DNA of 64,000 nucleotides from an uncultured virus (IMG/VR IMGVR_UViG_3300042485_000220) (lineage: Duplodnaviria > Heunggongvirae > Uroviricota > Caudoviricetes > Crassvirales): the IMG/VR virus record IMGVR_UViG_3300042485_000220. The stretch is one strand, 5' to 3'. Below the pieces are notes generated by a model, which saw only the letters and a program-made list of their open reading frames with translations, was not told where the DNA came from and ran no database searches. A program made the position numbers and the translations under genes. Below are positions 60,201 through 64,000 of the stretch, in pieces. How positions within the stretch are numbered: the first letter of the stretch is position 1; each line of letters opens with the position of its first letter.

Positions 60201-60686
60201 TAAAAACCTATTCATGTCATTATCATAAATATCTGCAAATCTTCCAGAGTTTGCAAAGTTAGCTAGACCATTTACTAGTCCTACAGTAGATTGTAAGAAA
60301 GTAGTTCCTGTAAGAACTAAACCTTTACCTACACCATTAACCATTTTACTAGCCCAACTTTGACTTTGAGCATAAGCATCTTCATTATTATAATCACCAG
60401 GCATGAAGCTCTTATATCTATCACTACTTACCTCTGTTAAAGTTCTATCAATGCCACCTGCCATCTTCTTACCATCATTTCTACCTGCAGTTAATACAGC
60501 ATTCTCAAGAGCACTTAATGCAGTAGGAGTAGGTTCTCCATCCATCATAGGAATACCAGTTCCTTCGTATTGACTTCGCAAGCTTTGATAAGGAACACTT
60601 GCAGGTCTTTCAGGAAGTTCAGTAGGTGTATAATCATTCAATGATGAATCTAATAATGCCCTGTCTATTAAAGGAGTATCTGCCAT
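48249..60686 (-). CDS. Giant virion-packaged RNA polymerase (crAss-like) with zincin-like domain
   Basis: RIPTQ (about 50931-50945), GSDFDIDK (50811-50834) and HEVFH...EQLAEEF (about 54930); 4145 aa. Confidence 0.88.
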   Translation of the reverse strand: MADTPLIDRALLDSSLNDYTPTELPERPASVPYQSLRSQYEGTGIPMMDGEPTPTALSALENAVLTAGRNDGKKMAGGIDRTLTEVSSDRYKSFMPGDYNNEDAYAQSQSWASKMVNGVGKGLVLTGTTFLQSTVGLVNGLANFANSGRFADIYDNDMNRFLDEEVVKASENIMPNYYKAGEREQDWYSPSKLFSANFIWDGVVKNLGFAAGAALSGGAYAAALKSIPLTARLFSVGKGAQALAASEEALLAADKAASTYGKLKGLSDKFLSSYSSLGQGGRITVAALGTVGEAGFEAYHTLNDFRNKKIEEYKEANGGQAPMGEDLLKINQLSEEVGNSSYFANVGLLTATNYIQFPKILGATYKGEKGIVNSLTKEIGEITTDATGKYIAAPNRFGKILSTLNKVRPYTFSASEAFEEGAQYAIGKSTENYYNKKYNNEPTNWLDGVAAGISETLTTNEGMENILIGGLSGALMLGAGKFGEAKEKSKNTQAAITEFNNAILSDFSKEVKGSVNRGTIIQEERETTIRRGDILESKDLERDYIINYLTPRIKYGRFDLVQSDIAQYKTLAMTDEGFAQLQSEGKALDTDTKEAYLQRLANLEVTAQNIKSLYQSLDVRYGGLVNADGKPVYSPKVMDQMIYAATKVADYDERLPQLMTVLDAVGIDTTTVVNDLTNGDSDSYIAAVEKIKASKSINEDELMQTLEDVAELALRRDNFLFEYNDIKNNPSKYDTAETMDKDAPKKETVKVKTKDGEEDIEVDTEYYLGRTVKYDKDGNEVYGFPRLTILGENEDGTIKIKDSNGVVRDISKEELAGYKLGKVSDTLNNKKAKYYMEHSNTVFQFNFGKGKKVKGRLEYSPKDGVLNFVYRDTKGKIKSIEVTGSQFVAQEGYDVPMIMAVGELTPIQKQALDEFVSLKESKFSAKREARLKILNDMFDETSSKLMSTQKLLEQKYNELEKITGDLTNVETKLKAGEMTKKNAFKKTTANALRAASKLSKLRDKLIDEIRELESQQEELEFTQAYIADMVQNIGELPAESEDFINELKEQKSLVEDLILDTGKNINALSKLLTNVEKALDTAVDLALDLIKKFEAKYPNLPYTPLALQEYLNANPEVRRTNPELMSDLIEFERDLANIDELDVTPNERSVAELREELQGLQDQLKEYEQDLKAREAILTRFQDVAKAYKLQKEQEKKLKSDGKLINAVIGTLSKEQLDNTPYSVKYEPTSKKGPKILVTSTVASKNILGYARANYFGNKFNSFPNKNNIFGVLVTSANEDNIIPGLTSYLQNNNTDIDPTKTIALVMVEDQGNGNFVLVGQDGQPLAEGQDKLENAVFQVMPDESLQWGPDFGNETMFRSNTPEQTRKELKDQYIAFRNETLKDPAVRLQSITPSFGRPTRVSITLPDGKKVTDPSAAVSVKAAGLIEDKDLVEKQLIEVPTVAKDISKGSTEFTDVLGRIFLVLDNAYVKLKNRLFNTKEAETIYEVLNQLSNNVFDDGGVEARSEYLIDWLRSVTFWGKPKEGKDPGYNSIWFERADGELRLFFSGKGESLSFTPQAMETQKDAIVTLLQNMYNNVNARKVQNTDEYNLTYEEIIGIGENGIPQTKEWQNYQTYLLSDEGRTADEIPLFTDITALESPEDTNREGVYFTLSDAADNFTITEIVRTVPKTVVPGGIKPTAATPVSAEEEETFTVGETQEAPIETKTGSKFVLDGKTKNIFITPKGTRIAFTANRNLLAKGDIDNGIKILKGEDLAKAEEALIAANIKKEDMGRALKAPIANFLNVPVQKATAVEEDEEAFAIPDEADADDVVIEIEEKAPAQITTKGPSVRSGAIKEALLEDEDGDLREILENEIKTFKSENWKKLEQWLRTNLPNVPVYRVKNVIKATGGRKAWGMYKNGAIYVYTNAEAGTAYHEVFHAIWNMFSDPKERKAIVNEFKNRKGSFVDRVTGQEVKYSEATPGQIKEQLAEEFREYVLDKKVPPKPADGRPYIIKLFTDLANFIKEYFLGPQAARNTEELFKRIGEGYYKNASPYQSKLALAKPGIIDVEDAIGDPTSEYSLIANGLTGEQVHDTIQQMTYSTLTNLIATNQSLFDIPAKNRAVIYKEAKDNLKYTVVDKIKNIAAKLMKEGIATKEDVAPEVAKAEQLFAIIDKNWDEITQIFEEQLLSYSIEFDENDSTQTTNENNTGRGDYQESEKIDKFKKANAAIKLLLATIPYRNARGKRTLSSINGVRLIPMSKVYIDLKNALYNSDTVDDMMEKLREFVESQKPEYGVIYQRLTGQPSSEKLNPYANIKTDADLQLVTSFYNVMKGQAPDVVTVYTAPDGTVVTTDMSVGTASKQIAIDMENSIISSIQKNLGKYYRYDAPNKMYVAIKKNIENQQLGSLERSVLFMKSLGVDVPIRMIRRLGFESDFNKAVAGIKKNLLEAEQIKFISSKTINTAGRVKEIADMLAKIQNPDFESTYFNLEGDRVQSFIGGNAISSLRDFLTKISNKKQLVGSRYEYLLTDNFANTGSVFMDKIFDKDSGNKLPKGDEILSTAYAGGMIDEGLGKRKDPASLTPSERLKEELNLNLAGYYMNLVPGDASLDWANYVGNTVTLNSLKKDNSSIHKVFKGYFLSELAVSREGRKIVQDENETRKSTDLRFFKNILGPSLHEDIVSYDPSKEKSLEDVYTHFESRINTAIDAFVKKDIERRKAVYSNYNILSEDENGFNFNGVEFEKKRSLSENDVDVNIKYLSVNYMINNIELHKLVYSDPYFYKDELKRIKSFLSPRQAIIYGSAGLNAVMNNVYNDDYTDIDDLGYTDFTADYFKTITLEDVKGVADVEGFAKEYSSFTETDGGGMISMQAYRNFRIRASNWNPNEERQYRYDVAFEKRDKGQDLSPNESNLLEAGNPQVKSAYTPLKPIVAGAKMSKQSYNDVVLDKFALYPLSYRVLHEINKDSNAIKLYNKMQENNIDYAVFDSGRKVGADVLVKLYDSKGNFNDAPIADTDKINIPFSIISVQSEVPSKDEAFVTRGSQITKLVTLDFLQAGVPFDFMSDEKDFNKRLEAWENLEDETAMANASPFFKEILENQDLLEEMTDIGYKNLLDRLGIKQTKAGFEIVDPEKIAQTLRSELFKREVNRNIVAALVGFEKGQVLIEASPMYSQVRNILYSIVDKNIVRPKINGGLKVQIPSTGFESVRPVGKNGLFESDVLKFYEKGGERVAEVMVGRWFDSDMSDEALLEYLNETKEGQALLKGVAFRIPTQKQNSVDVIKIAKFLPKEFGDSVVVPAALVQKVGSDFDIDKLSMYFKNIYKGKDGKPKLIPYFGMGKDAIKKFEEMFDKGEFLTKEQLQELDRYIAEEQIMLEDLIEEKSNASKLITAIVGNLNGLINEDELTQEFTRGIKAKDQIINLLYKKSIENQYIQSLENIIGSEANYTRLVTPNNAKLLKDMSIDITDKLGLGSFDYSSTDNMLNQIFMSRLRQAFVRGKYAIGLAAVAQTNHAQNQRSNMYVDKSMMYKLSKSDQKWLGDANVNFSKYNTVRVGGRTVPSLSGIKDANNKYDISDIIGQFIDGYVDIAKGPWIMELGASPNVAPTWLFLVKIGVPIKEVAYFMNQPIIRDYVRELENSGYTWLFNDSTVAAIKDSEKYKVDPSKVQGLNSIPNVAALEKNIGKKSFDVAGKAEQQFILNEFLKYGMMANQLFKVVQGSNFDTTAFNDPMLIFKKEEQLSQARETIISSVDNLLNKSFIGRVRIGLRDSRNAIGQTALTSDTRRVRGVLQSVLRPYVNLNDRQFVKVARKAVNDLFDWAVQINPTFKINMERDLLSKDGTAKQITDYFNDIKNDPEHVLHNNVIVNSLAPKFAGTEEERPNNLYMPGKDNKVYDQNKVIYGFEELRNYMESTGDLPLYKKLVKLSILQSGLSTSAISFTSLIPYDDFVEEYNDILSKLETLPNLADFATLNVFERNNWNDDEIVPHKKAQWKTEKQKDGKLKTRYDNNALTILNTGANIAMRDKKIPQLIKISTLSRESTKDIIVYSWEEIPQGKTRAEMVKASDFSFIKKGLFKKVIDDGVDPLITYNRSGYTFIVYKAINAWGDSFRANEFYDFANKSKIDNGFIKVDEVSDDTIKSVFIGGQKTPPVEASEIDDVLNKKDKGCKK

Positions 60687-63286
60687 TATAAAGGTTTTTG
60701 AGAAGCTTTTTGTATTTTTTGTAAGTCACCAGCTGTTGCTGGTCTTTCATTTATCAATCTAAATATCTCACTATCATTCATATTTTTTATAGCCATATTA
60801 AGCCCTTCCTTAGTCATACTTCCTACACTTGGATAATACATCTCATCAACAGTCCATCCTCTTTTCTTAGGGTCAGGATTATAGGCTTTGATTGCTAATG
60901 TATAATTACCTGGACTAAGTTGTATGATATTTGCTTTCACACCATAGGTTTTTACATTTTCAAAATCAAGATTACCTAAGAAAGCATTGCTAACAGTTGT
61001 CCTGGCACTACCATCTTTGGCAGTGGTCATTCCTCCTGTTTTATTTATTTGATCTAAATATGGTCTTAGTTGTTGTGATGCTACATCATCAAATTGAGTA
61101 CCAAAGCCTCCTATTTTTTGTTCTGGAGTTAATCTAAAACTAGTTGCTTTTCCTCCTGGACCAACAGCTGTAACTTTATAATAAGGTTCTTGGAATTCAG
61201 TGCCTTCAGCAACATCTATTGAAAAGTTTGGATTTTCTGATCCTGCAATTTCTCTAGCAGTCTCAACATTAAAATCAGGAGAGCCTGCAAGTTTACCACC
61301 ACTCTTCTCAGCAGCAGCAGCAGCAGCAATTAAAAAGCTTTTTAAACTTCCTTTTTGAGCAGGAGTTATTGAAGGGATGTTATATCCAGCAGCTTGACTT
61401 ACAGAAATCCTATTTTTAAAAGTATCTTCCATAGTCTTATCAATCTTTTGTAAGGTTTCTTTATAAGGCTTATTTACAGTCTTTGCATAATTGTCTAGTT
61501 GAGCTAATATAACCTTGTCAGAATCATATCTCTTGGCTGGCATCTTACTCCAAATCTTATACAAGTTATACATCTTAGGACTTAACTCTTGTCTAGCTTT
61601 AGCATCTGCTGAAGCTACAGGAGTTCCTGCCATACCAACAACAGATCCTCCACCTGGAGCTGTACCACCACCAGTACCTCTATATTTATATGCTACTGTA
61701 TTAAAGTCTACAAAGTCTTTAGCTGTATATTGATATACTTCATTACCTTTTTTATAAGTAACAGTAGGAGCATTTTTAGGAATAAGCTTATCTATTGTAC
61801 CATGTTCAGCTTCTGCCTTTCTTCTAACATCTAATATTAATTCTTGATTAGCTTCAGCTTGTCTTCTTTCTTTTTCTGTAGTATTAAAATAGTTAGCTAC
61901 AACAGGACTAACCCCTGTAGGTCTTGTTTCCCACGCAGCTCTTTGTTGTTCAAACCATTCTTTAGTTTTACCTTGAGACTTTAAAAAAGCTTCATCTCTA
62001 TCTTTAATTTTACCTAACTCTATATCTGTTGTTCTTGTAAGTTCACCAACAGTTAATTTAGGAAGAGTATCCTGATCTACAGGAGCTGCAAAAGCACCAT
62101 ATCCTTCTGCTGTTTTCTTTGCTATTTTATTAGCCTCTTCTGCAGCTTTGACTTCTCTACTTTTCCAATACATATTATCTTTATGTATCATCCAAGCTTG
62201 ATTTTTTGTTTCCCTTTGCATTTGCATTTGAGCTGCAGGACTATCTTCTTTTGTGATCTCAACTTCTGTATGAGAGAAAGGTTTAGCAAAGTTGTTAATA
62301 GAGTTAAGAGTAAATAAGTTTGCCTTAGCTCTTTCCAAATCTCCTCTATCAACAAGACCTAATATACTATCTCTTTCTTTATTAAGTTTGTTAATTGTAG
62401 AATCAAGACCATTTATCTTATCTTGAATCATTTGTTTCTGAACATTTGAATTTGTAGAACTTAAAGAATTTTGAAGAAGTTCTTTTTGTTTAGTGAAGTA
62501 TTCAGACTTATCTAAGTATTCACTATTAACATTCTCTTTAAATAAATTAGGATCAGTAACATTACTATATGTATATACACCATCTATCTCTAACTGTCTC
62601 CAGTCAGCAGGTGTTAAACCTACAGATAGTGCTTGTTTGATTTGGTCAGGAGACACACCTGCAAGTTTTGTTCTTGTAACAGCATCTGCTAAGACCACTT
62701 GAGGTTTCCCATCTTTACCAACAACTGTTGTAAAATCTTCTTCTGTAATAGTTGAATCTCCAGTGAGATCCTTTATAATATCTAATGCATTTTTTCTCCA
62801 GTTTGTGTATGGATCATACCCTCCACTAAATGTTTCTTTTACATCTCCATTCATCCACTTGTTAGTTTTTTGTTGAAACAACCAGTCATTTGATGGAGAA
62901 GTCTTGCCATCTTTTAGATATTCTTCTCTTTCCTTAACAGCTTTTTTATATTGTTGCGTAGATGATACAGCGTTTATGATGTTTTCATCTTTAATAATTT
63001 GACCTGTCATACCAGCAACTGAGTTAACTAGTTGTTGATTAGAGAAGTCTCCTGCTGCCACAGTCTTTAATCTACTACCTAACTCATTGAGTTTAGATTG
63101 TAATACCTGTTTGTCTTGGGGTCTGTATAATTCTATACCACCAACTCGATCAATTTCATTCTGAATTTTTTGCACACCTTGATCATACTGGGCTTGCTTT
63201 TGCATGCCCACTTGCACCATGGCCTCCACAGGGAGCTCTTGGATGTAAGGGTTGAATTGTAAGGATTTATCAGTAAACGATGCCAT
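60686..63286 (-). CDS. Putative ejection/cargo protein
   Basis: 866 aa; N-terminal PY...LP...M..VGM.KQAQYD; coupled to the vRNAP gene by TAATG. Confidence 0.65.
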   Translation of the reverse strand: MASFTDKSLQFNPYIQELPVEAMVQVGMQKQAQYDQGVQKIQNEIDRVGGIELYRPQDKQVLQSKLNELGSRLKTVAAGDFSNQQLVNSVAGMTGQIIKDENIINAVSSTQQYKKAVKEREEYLKDGKTSPSNDWLFQQKTNKWMNGDVKETFSGGYDPYTNWRKNALDIIKDLTGDSTITEEDFTTVVGKDGKPQVVLADAVTRTKLAGVSPDQIKQALSVGLTPADWRQLEIDGVYTYSNVTDPNLFKENVNSEYLDKSEYFTKQKELLQNSLSSTNSNVQKQMIQDKINGLDSTINKLNKERDSILGLVDRGDLERAKANLFTLNSINNFAKPFSHTEVEITKEDSPAAQMQMQRETKNQAWMIHKDNMYWKSREVKAAEEANKIAKKTAEGYGAFAAPVDQDTLPKLTVGELTRTTDIELGKIKDRDEAFLKSQGKTKEWFEQQRAAWETRPTGVSPVVANYFNTTEKERRQAEANQELILDVRRKAEAEHGTIDKLIPKNAPTVTYKKGNEVYQYTAKDFVDFNTVAYKYRGTGGGTAPGGGSVVGMAGTPVASADAKARQELSPKMYNLYKIWSKMPAKRYDSDKVILAQLDNYAKTVNKPYKETLQKIDKTMEDTFKNRISVSQAAGYNIPSITPAQKGSLKSFLIAAAAAAEKSGGKLAGSPDFNVETAREIAGSENPNFSIDVAEGTEFQEPYYKVTAVGPGGKATSFRLTPEQKIGGFGTQFDDVASQQLRPYLDQINKTGGMTTAKDGSARTTVSNAFLGNLDFENVKTYGVKANIIQLSPGNYTLAIKAYNPDPKKRGWTVDEMYYPSVGSMTKEGLNMAIKNMNDSEIFRLINERPATAGDLQKIQKASQKPL

Positions 63287-63290
63287 AATA

Positions 63291-63322
63291 CAAAATTAAT
63301 TTAAAATATTAGAATTACCAAG
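63291..63322 (-). promoter_or_regulatory. Sigma-A-like promoter, near-leaderless
   Basis: TTG at about 63321, 20-nt spacer, TAATTTTG (63298-63291); ATG at 63286. Confidence 0.55.
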
Positions 63323-63362
63323 AGCTATAACAAATTTTAGTAATTCACTATAACTTAATTAG

Positions 63363-63998
63363 TTAGAGATTTTTTAAAGCTTTTACAAGTGAACCATGTC
63401 TAGCTTCTTTGACTTTATATCCTGTAATGTCTCCTTTCTTATTATAGATAGGAAGAAGATCATTTCCTTTTGCATCTGTAGATTTTTGAGACCCTCCTGC
63501 TCCAGGAATATTAAACTGAGCAGGAGCATTCATATTAATTGCTCTACCACTTGGAGTGAATCTAAAGTTGTACATGTTCTCCATAACAGCAAGTTGTCTA
63601 TTAGCAGCTCTTTGTTGTGCTGTCTTAGCAGCTATAGAACTTAAGGCATTGAATGCTTGTTCTCTAGTATTAGATCTAGCCTTAGCTTGGTTAACGTATT
63701 GATTATCAAGGATTTGTAAATTTTTAAGCTGAGCATCATTTAACATTGCTCTATTCTTATCATAGGTCTGCATCTTGTTTGCAGCATTGATTCTTGTTTG
63801 TTCTCCTAAGACTTTGTTCTTAGCTTCTAAGCTTTGAGCCATAATCATTGCTTGGGCAGCTGGATTTTGACCTGCTGCTCTGATAGCTGCTCTAGATTGA
63901 GAATCAATAGCATTAAGCTGATCATTCAAAGAAATGTCCATAGGAGTATCTAACATTGGCTGGAACGTCTGAGCCTGTACAGGTTCTAACTGATTGGT
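63363..63998 (-). CDS. 5'-truncated putative ejection/cargo protein
   Basis: Frame is open to the window end; Q/N/A-rich helical sequence; C-terminal EARHGSLVKA. Confidence 0.65.
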   Translation of the reverse strand, partial: TNQLEPVQAQTFQPMLDTPMDISLNDQLNAIDSQSRAAIRAAGQNPAAQAMIMAQSLEAKNKVLGEQTRINAANKMQTYDKNRAMLNDAQLKNLQILDNQYVNQAKARSNTREQAFNALSSIAAKTAQQRAANRQLAVMENMYNFRFTPSGRAINMNAPAQFNIPGAGGSQKSTDAKGNDLLPIYNKKGDITGYKVKEARHGSLVKALKNL

Positions 63999-64000
63999 AG

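Noticed and set aside
43799..63644. Plus-strand ORFs within the giant genes, e.g. 55024-55848
   Set aside because: They are antisense shadows with Ser/Leu/Phe-rich composition and no motifs.

Overview
This is a 64-kb segment of a crAss-like (Crassvirales-related) phage genome with a probable Bacteroidota host. The evidence is a giant virion RNA polymerase with a DFDID motif, TAnnTTTG promoters and A-rich starts without Shine-Dalgarno sequences. It uses the standard genetic code. Layout: (1) 1-15.6 kb, + strand: DNA metabolism genes (UDG, rIIA/rIIB, HNH, PD-(D/E)XK exonuclease, class II RNR, RecA, dUTPase, GroES-like), ending in GT2/acyltransferase/GT2. (2) 15.7-25.5 kb, - strand: Lys-rich small proteins, a Dps-like protein, Thr-tailed mini-proteins, an HPAT/SGT-like glycosyltransferase and a GH19 lysis cassette. 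(3) 25.5-35.1 kb, + strand: an island with APS kinase, nucleotidyltransferase, sulfotransferase, methyltransferase, four glycosyltransferases (one Aah/TibC-like) and three 2OG-Fe(II) oxygenases. (4) 35.1-42.8 kb, - strand: four fibre genes with Gly-Ser/Thr repeats, three of which also carry collagen repeats. (5) 43-64 kb, - strand: giant ejection proteins and the virion RNAP. The most notable candidate system is a phage-encoded 'extracellular-matrix-like' virion modification pathway: collagen/Ser-Gly fibres, possibly a charge-complementary heterotrimer, decorated by hydroxylation, O-glycosylation and sulfation. CCG/CGG trinucleotides also appear to be absent across the window. All family assignments come from motif recognition by eye; no database searches were run.
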